A stretch of DNA of 44,163 nt, from IMG/VR virus record IMGVR_UViG_3300025610_000042, positions 1 through 44,163 of that record. The stretch is one strand, 5' to 3'. Shown piece by piece: positions 1 to 9,965 of this stretch. The position numbers and the translations under genes are program-made. Origin of the DNA: a virus. Lineage: Duplodnaviria; Caudoviricetes. Position 1 is the first letter of the stretch; each line of letters opens with the position of its first letter. The notes beneath the pieces are model-generated. The model was not told the origin of the DNA and did not search any database. It was given only the letters and a program-made list of their open reading frames with translations.

Positions 1-649
1 CTTCTCTAAATATTCCAGGAAACTTATCTTTGTATGCTTGTGTACCTCTCATTGTACGTAACGCTTCATCTACGTCACCACCATTAGAATTGTATTCACC
101 TATAAATGTTTCAAGTAACTCTTCACCTAAATAGCTGTAGTTAGCTTGTGCAAACTCTCTAGCATTAAATCTTTCTTGTGGATCTCCTGGAACTGGTGCA
201 GGAGGTGGAGGATCTGTTACACCTGGATCACTTGGACCTCGATCTAGTTCTTCAATTGTTCCATCACTGTATATAGTTTGAAATACAATTCTTCCATTTT
301 TAATTATTGTTTGTGTTGATACTACTTCTTTACCTGTTGGTTCTTGACTTCCAGTGATAGTGCTAGCAGTGCTAGTGCCATTAATACCTGTACCACTTGT
401 GTCACCTGTATCACCTTTATCACCTGTATCACCTACTGCGGCTGCTGCGTCTGCTTTAGCTTTTGCTTCTCTTGCTGCAATAACTGCAGGATCATTATCT
501 AATGAACCAAGCAATGCTTCAATATCTGTATCTGCTGATAACTCTTCTATAACTCTTTCAGGTTCTGGTTCTGGAGTACTTGTCGGTGGACTTCCATAAA
601 TACCATCTATTGTTGGTCCTAATTGCATAATTCTAGCTAGTATGCTCAT
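1..649 (-). CDS. 5' part of a second, diverged allele of the 435-aa putative internal virion protein (truncated by window edge)
   Basis: Manual translation from ATG at 649 gives MSILARIMQLGPTIDGIYGSPPTSTPEPEPERVIEELSADTD..., collinear with ORF 42766-44073. Confidence 0.85.
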   Translation of the reverse strand, partial: MSILARIMQLGPTIDGIYGSPPTSTPEPEPERVIEELSADTDIEALLGSLDNDPAVIAAREAKAKADAAAAVGDTGDKGDTGDTSGTGINGTSTASTITGSQEPTGKEVVSTQTIIKNGRIVFQTIYSDGTIEELDRGPSDPGVTDPPPPAPVPGDPQERFNAREFAQANYSYLGEELLETFIGEYNSNGGDVDEALRTMRGTQAYKDKFPGIFRE

Positions 650-739
650 AACCCAAACCTTCCTCCGCCAGTTGATCTAGCGCCTGCTTTACCAAATACT
701 CTCTCCATGTCTGATTTAAATTGATCTCTATATGTTTGT
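1..739. repeat. Imperfect terminal direct repeat, left copy
   Basis: Position 1 aligns to 43443 and 739 to 44163; flanks near-identical, about 240-560 diverged, net 18-bp length difference. Confidence 0.95.
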
Positions 740-1878
740 GAACCTGTCTCTGCTGCTGCAGCAAATGCAATATCTTTACGTTCTGCTACATCATTAGTTG
801 CAATAAATTGATTCCATTGTGCAGATCTTTCATCTGGTGCTGCACCTGTAATGTTTTGCCATTCTCTTCTAAACTCTGGTGCTATGTCTTCGTATGCTTT
901 AACATTAGTTCCTGCATACTGTGTAAACTTTGCTTGGAACTGATCTTGTAGTTTAGGTAAAAACTCTTGTGTAAATGCTGTAGGATTATCCTGGTAGTTA
1001 GCAAGTAATTGATCTAAGTTATAATTATCTGCAACTCCTGGACCTAATATAGAATTAATTGTATTTTCCATCTGTCTTGTAAGTTCTATTGTCTCTAATG
1101 TCTTACCTTCTAATGCAGCTTTTACTTCTGGATCTAATGTATATCTAATTAAAGGATTAGCTAACTTCTGTAAAGTTTTAGTAATATCATCATCAGTGAA
1201 TGTACCATATTGATACTTTTGTGTAATAGCGTCAATGACTTTAGGATCTAACTCTGTTATACCTGCAGCCATCATTCTGCTTATAATGTCTTCTCTTTTC
1301 TTTATGCCACGTTGACTAAATGTTGCAGGATCCTGGTGTGCAAATAACATCTCCTGTCTTTCTGTAGCTGTATGTGTCTTCCACCAGGTTGTTTGTGCTA
1401 GTTCTGATTCTCTTGCAGTTCTACCTTCTAAAGCAGCTTCTACAACTACTGCTAAATAATCATATCTACCTTTTGCGTCTGTTGACATTAAGTATGGTTT
1501 GTATTTAGATTCCTGTTCTAATGCTTCTATTAGAAAGTCATAGCTCTCTGCACCAACTTCTACATTGCCTGATATTGCAGACAATTGTGTAACATTACCA
1601 AAATAAAAACTGTTGTTATAATCTTCTTCTGTTATTCCTTCAAATGATCCTGATACTATTTCAATACCATCTTCTGTTAGGTTAACTACAACGTCAGGTT
1701 TTACAACACCTGTTGTGTCTGATATTGTTTTAAGATCATCAACTTTGTATCTGTATGTTAAACCTTCAGATATTAAATCTCTTGATAATGAATAGACAGC
1801 GTAATATGCTTTATTACCGTTAGCGTCTATTTCTTCTACTATTTGCGTGTCTGTTGGTAATGTATTTAGTAATGCCAT
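646..1878 (-). CDS. Putative internal virion/ejection protein
   Basis: 410-aa ORF with stop/start overlaps to both neighbours in the portal-to-scaffold block; no recognisable motif. Confidence 0.55.
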   Translation of the reverse strand: MALLNTLPTDTQIVEEIDANGNKAYYAVYSLSRDLISEGLTYRYKVDDLKTISDTTGVVKPDVVVNLTEDGIEIVSGSFEGITEEDYNNSFYFGNVTQLSAISGNVEVGAESYDFLIEALEQESKYKPYLMSTDAKGRYDYLAVVVEAALEGRTARESELAQTTWWKTHTATERQEMLFAHQDPATFSQRGIKKREDIISRMMAAGITELDPKVIDAITQKYQYGTFTDDDITKTLQKLANPLIRYTLDPEVKAALEGKTLETIELTRQMENTINSILGPGVADNYNLDQLLANYQDNPTAFTQEFLPKLQDQFQAKFTQYAGTNVKAYEDIAPEFRREWQNITGAAPDERSAQWNQFIATNDVAERKDIAFAAAAETGSQTYRDQFKSDMERVFGKAGARSTGGGRFGL

Positions 1879-2822
1879 TATCTTTTAAACATTTTTCCTA
1901 ACTCTTTTAAGTTGTCTACTGGTGCTGCTTTTTCTGGTATTTGACCACTTCTAGTTGCTTCTTCTAGTATTTCTACAAAATTACCAATAGCTTCTTCTAT
2001 TGTAGCACCTAGTCTTGGCATATTTATAAATTGTTTTAAGTCATCAAGGTCTTCTCTTCTACGTTCTGTAGTTCTGTCTAATTGATTTTTATAATAATTA
2101 AAGCCAATATTTTTGTTTATGTTTAGATACTTTTTATAGGTTTCTAACCATTCAGTATCTTTTGTTTTGTTTATGTAATCATTGTAAGCATTCCACGCTT
2201 TGGCACCGTCATTGCCTTTTTTTTCTGATCTTTCAGCGTCATTCCACAATGTAGCTGCAATCATTAAATGATCATCTATATTTTTTGGATCTTTTAAAAA
2301 CGCATACATTTGTTCTTTGACACCATCTTGTAATAATATTTTTTTTGCGTCTTCTACATGCGTGTCTTCTTTCCATGAATTATATAATTTATCTTTATGT
2401 TTAGAATCCATTGCCATCAAGATGTATGTTAACGCAGGTCCTGTATCTATTTGGAATATAGAGTAACTATCATTACCACTTGTTGTAAGTGAAGCATTAA
2501 CATTATATGGTTGGTTATTTATATCTACATTATTTCCGTCTTTATCTATATTACTAAAACTTTCCATAGCTAATATTGCCATAAATTCGTCTACTCTTTT
2601 TTTACCTTTACTTGTAAAAGGTGTGTCTTTTCTATTTACTAAATCTGTTTCGTATTGATTATCTACAAAATTATTAATATAAAAATACAAATCTTTATTG
2701 TTCATTGTTTCTATATTATTGTCATCTGTTACTATTTCAGGAAACTCATAATTACCTGTACCGCCGCCTTCTATTTTTGGATTATTATATTGAATTGTTT
2801 TCATTCTACTTATATCAAACAT
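1878..2822 (-). CDS. Virion-associated lytic transglycosylase (SLT/lysozyme-like fold)
   Basis: Motifs AILAMES (catalytic Glu), DSYSIFQID, LKDPKN and GAKAWNAY; start moved to MFDISR at 2822, just after the upstream stop (track start 3008). Confidence 0.7.
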   Translation of the reverse strand: MFDISRMKTIQYNNPKIEGGGTGNYEFPEIVTDDNNIETMNNKDLYFYINNFVDNQYETDLVNRKDTPFTSKGKKRVDEFMAILAMESFSNIDKDGNNVDINNQPYNVNASLTTSGNDSYSIFQIDTGPALTYILMAMDSKHKDKLYNSWKEDTHVEDAKKILLQDGVKEQMYAFLKDPKNIDDHLMIAATLWNDAERSEKKGNDGAKAWNAYNDYINKTKDTEWLETYKKYLNINKNIGFNYYKNQLDRTTERRREDLDDLKQFINMPRLGATIEEAIGNFVEILEEATRSGQIPEKAAPVDNLKELGKMFKR

Positions 2823-2823
2823 A

Positions 2824-5800
2824 TTATTCTGCCTTAGCCAAAGATCCTCCACCACCGCTTCTGTTTCTGTCTCCTGTTCTAATTCGTTCGCTAACCCTAA
2901 AGTCTGTTGACAAATAATTATCAGGAATAGAACTAGACCAATTATTTTCGTAATTACCAGGTAACTCTCTTCCAAACCTATCCACTTCTTTAGGATTGTT
3001 TTCTTCATACGATTTAGTATATATATCTATATTTTCTTTTGTATAAGGTATATTATTTGAGTTCATTATAGATTCAACAACTAAATCTCTTTTAACTTTA
3101 TATACCCAATCATTTAATCCTGCTAAATTTACAATACCTTTTAACTCTTCTATTGCTTTTGGTTTTATAAATTCTACTAAACTTTGTATTCCTAATATAT
3201 TGTTGTCATATACATATTCTTTAAATATATCTTTACCAGTTTGTATTGCTTCTGTTACTGGTTTTGCAATATTAACTCCTAATAAGTTTTTTACATCTGG
3301 ATTGTTTTTATTACCATATAACATTTCTATAACTGAATCAGGTGCGTCATCTTCATATCTATTCATAGTATCTGCTAATGCACCACCTATAGTTTCATAC
3401 TGCGATCCTGGACCTGATAATCTACTAGCTAAAATGTCCATAGCTGCAGGTAGTAAAACATATTTATCAAATTTATCCATTGCTTTTCCACCATATTTTA
3501 ATGTACCTCCAACACTCTTCTTAGCATATTTGTTTACAATATTTAGTGTTCTTGATGTACCAGTAAGTATTTTTGCTCTAACATCTTCTGACGCAGTTGC
3601 TAATGTAGATACGTATTCGTTGATTGCGTCTAACAATGGTTCTATTGGTATTTGACCTGTTTGATGTGCTACGTGTAAATTGTTTATTTTATCGTCAAGC
3701 ATAAGTAATTTTACAGATGGATCTCTTCGACCATCTTCTAAACTAGTTACGCCTATATTGTTACTCCATACAACGTTTGATTTTTTTGTAACATCTATAA
3801 ATTCTTGTACTTTTTCTTCACTTATTTCTTCAAACATATTTGTAGGATCCATATATTTAGTAACTAATCTCATGTCACTATCTGTGTAATCATTAACATT
3901 TTTTTCTACTAAATCTCCAAATTGACGTGCTTCGTCACTATTCATAAAAGCTGTATTTACAACTCCTACCTGTAATGTTTTTGGTATACCTGTATTTAAT
4001 TTATCATCAGGATCTATTATTCCTATCATGTAATGTGGTGTAGCACCTACAGCACCACCTCCAGTAGATAAAACAATTTCATAACCATTCTGTGCTATTT
4101 TGTTATAAATCATATTGTCAGTTTGTTGGTGTGGTACAACTTGTTGAGTACCTGATCCTGTTATTTCTGGTGTTAAAGAAAAACGATCAAGTGTTTGCAT
4201 AAATTCTCTTAAATCATTAACACTAATTTCAGTTTGTATATTATTAGCAATTCTATAATTGTCTAAATATTTCTGATATTTAGTTACTACATCTACATCA
4301 TTAGCATTACCACCTAACGGTTGTGTTTGTCTTAAAACATTAAAAGGATTTATGCCTTCATAAAATCTTTTACCTGGTTCAAAACCTTTTGCATAGTGTT
4401 GTTCTAATATTCTATTTGGTTCGAATCTTCCTGTGAATTGTAATGAAGGTTTCATTCCTAAAAATTTTACAAAATGTTCATCTATTGATCTTTGTATGTC
4501 TTTAGTACTGCTTCTAAATTCCGATCTATATAATGCTTCAGCAGGTCCAACATTTTGTGGACTATCAGGTATGATCATTTCTGGTGCTAATCTTCTAGCT
4601 TCATCTACGTTTCCTGCTGCTAATGCTTCTGACACTCTTAATAAATTTGCTATTTCCTGTATATCTAAACTTTCTTGTACTCCGAAATAATGATGTACAC
4701 TATCTAAATAATCTGCTATTTTTGTTCTATCTCCAATATCAAATTCTTCAAACATACTAGCTTGTGGTGGTATCTTAGAATCTGTCACAGGTTGTGGAAA
4801 TAAATCGTATAAATCATTTAAAATTGTTTTATAATTAAAATCTCTTTGTTTTCTTCCTGTTACTAAACTTTCTAATTCATTACCAGAAAAACCTAATATG
4901 CTATTAAACATAGGAAAAAATCCACTAACATATTTTTCTGACCATGCAAACCATTTAGCAGGTGTAGATACGTCAGGTGCGCCAGGAATTGGTCTAGTCC
5001 TATCATAAAATGCGTATTCATCAAATCCATTTAGTAAAACAGGTTTAAGTTCTTCTTTGTCTATAGATAAAAATTTAGAATTAAATAATGGTCCGCCACC
5101 TGTAGCTACGAACAAACCACCAGGTTTATATTTACCGTTTTGTAATTGATCAGTCCACCAATCATCACCAAACATATCTAGTACTTGTTCAAATGTAGAC
5201 CTAGCTTTTGGATTACCTATTCCTGCAGACATAGATTGGTTTAATGGTAAAACATTATCTACATTCACACTACCTTCTATATTAGATATTGTACCTGCAG
5301 ACAAACCACGACCAAATAATCCATCATTAATAGCACTTATAGTCCATTTAGCATTACTACGTGCAACGTCTTTTCTGTTTGTAAATGCTGATACATCAGG
5401 TTCCTCTACACTAATTTGTAAACCTATTTTTTTAGCTTCTTCTATAAATTCATTAACAACTTCATCATTGCCCTTTACATAATTGCTCTCTAACCATTTT
5501 AAAATAGATTGTTCTATTTTGCTTCCCATACCCATTATGGTTGAACCATCAGCATTACCTTGTGCATAACCTGCTGCAACAAATGGATTAGTTGTTGTAT
5601 AAAAAACTGCACCGACTAAACCTGTTGATCCAGTGTAAAGAGGATCGATAAACTTCATGCTAGGATCAAAAAATATACCTCTTGATTTTTTTAGATCATC
5701 TGCGATACCACCAATGTCTGGATCATCTGCGTATTTATCTTGAAAACTTCTAAGCAACTCTAATACTTCATCTGTTGGACCTGCTGATCCATGATTAGTT

Positions 5801-8166
5801 TGAAAAAATAATTTATTGTCTTCTATGTACGCACCTTTTTGATTAAGAGTATTGTTTTTGTCTGCGTTATTTAAAAAGAACTCCGCAGGTGTTTCAGTAT
5901 TAAAACCTTCAAATAAGTCATCAACTAATTCCTGACTGTTAGACAAACTTAATTGATCACCTATTATGTTATATATTCCAGAGTTTTTAACATTTAAATC
6001 TGTAACAATACCTCTTTGGTTGTATACAGTATTAAACCTAATTGTGTTTGTGTTTTTATCGTAAAATGGTCTAATTTCCATTTCTGTATTATTTAAGATA
6101 TTTATAATTTGATTTGTAAATTCTTCTTCTTGTATTACAGCAATATAATTATCTGCCCATTGTTTTAAAAATACAGGATCTTTTACTCTTGAATTTGCTT
6201 TTATAAATTCTACTTGGCTATTAATAGCTTGTACAATATTGTCTTGTATTTCTTTTGCTATTTTTTGTTTTCCATATTCATTTACACTTATATTATCGAG
6301 AGATCCACCATTAATTAAACCTGGATTATCATACGAACTTGGATTTATAATGTTTCCTATATCCATATTTTTTGGTTCAGATATTCCTTCAAACATTGCA
6401 GAGTTTTTAATACTACTATTTAATTTGTCTACTAATTCTGTTTCATCAAAATCGTTATAATCAAAAGTAAAATTTGTGTATTTTTCTAAATAATCATCAA
6501 CAGTTTTTTCTAAATTATCTATACTTAAAATTTCTTTTACCATTGTTGGATCGCCATCATTGAGACGTATTTCTTTGTATAATTTTTCTTTAGAACCTAA
6601 TACATTAGAAGTATCAACTGGTATTAAATTCATACCTTTAGCTTCTCTTGCAATATTTACTGCAGTAATTAATTGTGTAATATCGGATTTATTAGTTGCA
6701 TTTATATTTTTTATTTTATTTAAAACTTCATCATAGGTTCCTAAAGTATTGTCAGGTTTGTCTACACCATATAAATATGCAGGATTGTCGTCAAATAAAA
6801 TTGATAAGTGTTTGTTAACAATATCATTGTCAGTTAATATATCTTCAATCCATTCACCATGACCAAATGCTAATGTAGTTTCACCATCTAATATAGATTT
6901 AAGTGATTTCCATTCGGCTTTTACAGCGTCATCACTAGCTGTTGGTTCCCATGTATTATCTGACATAAAATAAAAATGACCACCTACATCAACACCATTT
7001 GTAGCTCTTGCGTCCCAATCAAACCTATTTATTTTAGTTCCTAAATATTTGTTGTCATACCATTCATCTATTTCAGGTAAAGGTAATCCTGTTTCTTCTA
7101 CAAGCTCTTTTAATATAGTGTATCTAAATATACCTCTTGGTCCACGTTGATATGTTTTAGTAAATGCTCTGTCTTTACCTTGCCAATCTAATTTATCAGT
7201 AGGTCGTTGTGCTAATTCATCATATTCTGCTTGCGTAGCTTCGTCTATAATTCCACCAGGCAATGCCCAATCTCCTCTATGTGGACCACGTTTTCTTTTT
7301 ATTAATAGTATTTCTGGATCACCTTGATCATTTATTCTCATTACAATACCGTCTGCTGTACTCTTATGATCTTGCCAATTATTCTTTACATAATCATTTG
7401 TAACTTCTTCTACGTCATCATTTGTAAATGGTAAAGCACCTTCTACAGTATCTGGTACTATATCTGCTGCTGCAGCTTCTACTGTATCTGGTGTATCTAC
7501 ATCACCTAACAATTCTCCATATTGTTCGTACTGTTCTTTATCAACTTGTTCCATTGCTTTGACTATATAGTCAGGTGCAAATGATCGATTTAAATTGGTA
7601 CGTATTCTTTCAGATATAACAGGACCTTTATTGGATAATGCCATTTCTATACTGCCAATACTATTTGGAAATATCTCATCTAACTTATCACCAACTAATG
7701 AAACTACAGCAGTTCTACCGTCAACATCTATTGTTTTTGTAAATAAATTATTTGCTTCTTCTGCGGTCGCAAACTCTCCTAATTCTAAAAAAAATATTTC
7801 ATTGTCTTGTTTTCTAAAAGGATTTAATCCACCTACTTCTACTGTGCTTTGATCTCTTAAAGATAAACGAAAACCTAACAACTCTTCTGTTTCATCACCT
7901 ACAATAGGTTCTATAGCTAAACTTAAATCATTTCTTGCTAATGATCCTTTTCCTGCTACTGATTCTAAATCGTATGGACCATAAACTAATAAACCATCTT
8001 CTCTTCTTGTAAAACCTTCTGCTAGTAAATCAAGATAACTGTTTTCCCCTGCATTAACATAATCCAATAAAGGAACCCCACCGTATGTTTTTTCTATTGT
8101 TTGTTCAATAGCAGATTTTATTAACCTATCTAAGTGTTGTATTATTAAAGTAATTCTAGGATCCAT
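2824..8166 (-). CDS. 1780-aa multidomain (polyvalent-type) virion protein with Nudix hydrolase and ADP-ribosyltransferase-like motifs
   Basis: TADGIV..ILLIKRK..WALPGG..KELVEETGL..ASDDA..LAFGH (Nudix); NHGS..TGLVGAVFYTTTNPFVAAGYA and GYEIV..IIDP (ART-like). Confidence 0.7.
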   Translation of the reverse strand: MDPRITLIIQHLDRLIKSAIEQTIEKTYGGVPLLDYVNAGENSYLDLLAEGFTRREDGLLVYGPYDLESVAGKGSLARNDLSLAIEPIVGDETEELLGFRLSLRDQSTVEVGGLNPFRKQDNEIFFLELGEFATAEEANNLFTKTIDVDGRTAVVSLVGDKLDEIFPNSIGSIEMALSNKGPVISERIRTNLNRSFAPDYIVKAMEQVDKEQYEQYGELLGDVDTPDTVEAAAADIVPDTVEGALPFTNDDVEEVTNDYVKNNWQDHKSTADGIVMRINDQGDPEILLIKRKRGPHRGDWALPGGIIDEATQAEYDELAQRPTDKLDWQGKDRAFTKTYQRGPRGIFRYTILKELVEETGLPLPEIDEWYDNKYLGTKINRFDWDARATNGVDVGGHFYFMSDNTWEPTASDDAVKAEWKSLKSILDGETTLAFGHGEWIEDILTDNDIVNKHLSILFDDNPAYLYGVDKPDNTLGTYDEVLNKIKNINATNKSDITQLITAVNIAREAKGMNLIPVDTSNVLGSKEKLYKEIRLNDGDPTMVKEILSIDNLEKTVDDYLEKYTNFTFDYNDFDETELVDKLNSSIKNSAMFEGISEPKNMDIGNIINPSSYDNPGLINGGSLDNISVNEYGKQKIAKEIQDNIVQAINSQVEFIKANSRVKDPVFLKQWADNYIAVIQEEEFTNQIINILNNTEMEIRPFYDKNTNTIRFNTVYNQRGIVTDLNVKNSGIYNIIGDQLSLSNSQELVDDLFEGFNTETPAEFFLNNADKNNTLNQKGAYIEDNKLFFQTNHGSAGPTDEVLELLRSFQDKYADDPDIGGIADDLKKSRGIFFDPSMKFIDPLYTGSTGLVGAVFYTTTNPFVAAGYAQGNADGSTIMGMGSKIEQSILKWLESNYVKGNDEVVNEFIEEAKKIGLQISVEEPDVSAFTNRKDVARSNAKWTISAINDGLFGRGLSAGTISNIEGSVNVDNVLPLNQSMSAGIGNPKARSTFEQVLDMFGDDWWTDQLQNGKYKPGGLFVATGGGPLFNSKFLSIDKEELKPVLLNGFDEYAFYDRTRPIPGAPDVSTPAKWFAWSEKYVSGFFPMFNSILGFSGNELESLVTGRKQRDFNYKTILNDLYDLFPQPVTDSKIPPQASMFEEFDIGDRTKIADYLDSVHHYFGVQESLDIQEIANLLRVSEALAAGNVDEARRLAPEMIIPDSPQNVGPAEALYRSEFRSSTKDIQRSIDEHFVKFLGMKPSLQFTGRFEPNRILEQHYAKGFEPGKRFYEGINPFNVLRQTQPLGGNANDVDVVTKYQKYLDNYRIANNIQTEISVNDLREFMQTLDRFSLTPEITGSGTQQVVPHQQTDNMIYNKIAQNGYEIVLSTGGGAVGATPHYMIGIIDPDDKLNTGIPKTLQVGVVNTAFMNSDEARQFGDLVEKNVNDYTDSDMRLVTKYMDPTNMFEEISEEKVQEFIDVTKKSNVVWSNNIGVTSLEDGRRDPSVKLLMLDDKINNLHVAHQTGQIPIEPLLDAINEYVSTLATASEDVRAKILTGTSRTLNIVNKYAKKSVGGTLKYGGKAMDKFDKYVLLPAAMDILASRLSGPGSQYETIGGALADTMNRYEDDAPDSVIEMLYGNKNNPDVKNLLGVNIAKPVTEAIQTGKDIFKEYVYDNNILGIQSLVEFIKPKAIEELKGIVNLAGLNDWVYKVKRDLVVESIMNSNNIPYTKENIDIYTKSYEENNPKEVDRFGRELPGNYENNWSSSIPDNYLSTDFRVSERIRTGDRNRSGGGGSLAKAE

Positions 8167-9965
8167 TATCCTCCGATCATACGGTCAAATTGATCTATAG
8201 AACTAAACAAATAACTTAGATCGTTACGTTCTTGTATACCTCTCTGTTGTGCTTGTAGCTGTGGTTCAAATTTTTCTTCTGCAAATGCAGCAAGCTCTTC
8301 ACCTGCTGTTGATGGTATAGATATTTCTGTTGGCGCACCAGGAAATAATCTTTCAGCTAAATCTAAATTCTTTTGATACTCTGCAGTAGCTGTATCGTAA
8401 TCTTTATCTGCTTGTATGTAAAAGTCAGAAAACGCTACAAGTTCTGCGTCTGTAAGTTTACGTGTAACACCTGCAGATTTAAGTGCTGCGTCTATCTGAT
8501 CTTTAATAAATCCTGGTGATGGTGTTTGATACACTTTAGGTGTAAGTGGTGGTTTTTTAAAGTAACGTTCTTTTTCTGCATTTAGTTGTGTATATACATC
8601 TATCATGTTTAAGTTAGCGTCAACCATTGCACTATACATTGCACCTGCTGTTTTATCTTGCCATGCACCTTGCTCTAAGAAAAAATCTTCTACTCCTAAA
8701 TAGCCTGATTGCATAAGATCTGTTTGTACTGCTTTTATTTCTTGTGGTGCTAATGAGATCCAGGATATTTTTTGTGTATTGTTTAGTCCTGGACCTTGTC
8801 CTGATATGTGATCTGTTGCGCCATAAAACTGTTCTTCTGGAATACTACCTGCATATATCTGTTCTGGAAGTAATGCGTCTTTCATCTGTGACGCTGTTGG
8901 TTCTCCATCTTTAAATGCGTCTGCTAAATCTGGTTGTTTATATATTGCATAGTCTGGTGTAATACCACCGAATATGTCATACTCTGGTGCAGCAGCTAAA
9001 CTTGTATTGTAATCTAACCAACCATCTAATGCTGCTTGTGCAGAGTCTTTAGTACCTCCTGCAAATATCAATTCTTTTGTAGGATCTTCTGCTATCTCAT
9101 CTTCTAGCAATAACAATTCATCTCTACTTAAAGTTTTCACTTCACCTACAGATGAACCGTCTGGTGTCTTAGTTCCTATTGCTACACTAAATGTATCTCC
9201 TATATCTAAGTCTGTATTAAATTTACCTTCAGAACTATACGATTCTACAGCTTTTAAGTACTCACCATCTACTGGTTCCCATGTATTTGTTTCTTCATTA
9301 AGTCTCATTGCAGGTCTTGTTAATATAGTTGGTTTTGCAAAACCAGGATATTTTCTATAGTTCTTACCTTCTATAGGATAAAAACCTTCGCCTAAACTAA
9401 CAGGTGCATTGTTTCTAAAGTATTCATCTAAATCCTCTGTAACATATATTGTTCCGCCTTCACCTTGTGGTGGTCGTATAACAACACCTAATAAACCTGT
9501 ATCTTCGTATATCTTATCTAGTTTTATATTTAAATATTCATAGTATTTTTCTGAAGCACCTGGAGAACCTGCACCTTTTAAACCTGCTGCAATATCTAGT
9601 CCTGCGTAAATATCTTCATTTCTTTTTTTGTCTTCATCAGTCTGTGCTGTTTTCCAATCTGATACGCCATATAATTGTGACACTGCATTGTTTAATGCTT
9701 TGTTAAAAGTATTAAGTGGTGTACGTGATGTTCTTCTTCTATCTACTTCTCCATAAGGCATATTAAATTGTATAAGATCATTAGACATATTTGCACCTAC
9801 AGTGTCGTACACATTAAGTTCTGTGTAAACTTTTGCTATAAATACTTGATCTGGTATTTCTTGACTAACTAAATCTTGTAATATATTTGTTATTTCTTCG
9901 TCTGGTGCAAAACCTCTAAGTGCAATAATGCTATCTACAAAACCTTGCTTAAAATCTTTGTCCAT
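8166..9965 (-). CDS. Putative internal virion protein with peptidoglycan-binding-like segment
   Basis: EIKAVQTDLMQSGYLG..QGAWQDKTAGAM resembles the PG_binding_1 pattern; TAATG coupling on both sides. Confidence 0.5.
   Translation of the reverse strand: MDKDFKQGFVDSIIALRGFAPDEEITNILQDLVSQEIPDQVFIAKVYTELNVYDTVGANMSNDLIQFNMPYGEVDRRRTSRTPLNTFNKALNNAVSQLYGVSDWKTAQTDEDKKRNEDIYAGLDIAAGLKGAGSPGASEKYYEYLNIKLDKIYEDTGLLGVVIRPPQGEGGTIYVTEDLDEYFRNNAPVSLGEGFYPIEGKNYRKYPGFAKPTILTRPAMRLNEETNTWEPVDGEYLKAVESYSSEGKFNTDLDIGDTFSVAIGTKTPDGSSVGEVKTLSRDELLLLEDEIAEDPTKELIFAGGTKDSAQAALDGWLDYNTSLAAAPEYDIFGGITPDYAIYKQPDLADAFKDGEPTASQMKDALLPEQIYAGSIPEEQFYGATDHISGQGPGLNNTQKISWISLAPQEIKAVQTDLMQSGYLGVEDFFLEQGAWQDKTAGAMYSAMVDANLNMIDVYTQLNAEKERYFKKPPLTPKVYQTPSPGFIKDQIDAALKSAGVTRKLTDAELVAFSDFYIQADKDYDTATAEYQKNLDLAERLFPGAPTEISIPSTAGEELAAFAEEKFEPQLQAQQRGIQERNDLSYLFSSIDQFDRMIGG

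Noticed and set aside
240-560. Diversity-generating retroelement template/variable repeat pair
   Set aside because: No reverse transcriptase gene; differences include indels and are not adenine-specific
2823-3008. Signal-peptide-like N-terminal extension of the transglycosylase ORF
   Set aside because: It overlaps the upstream gene by 185 bp; a start at 2822 directly after the stop is simpler, though the longer form cannot be excluded
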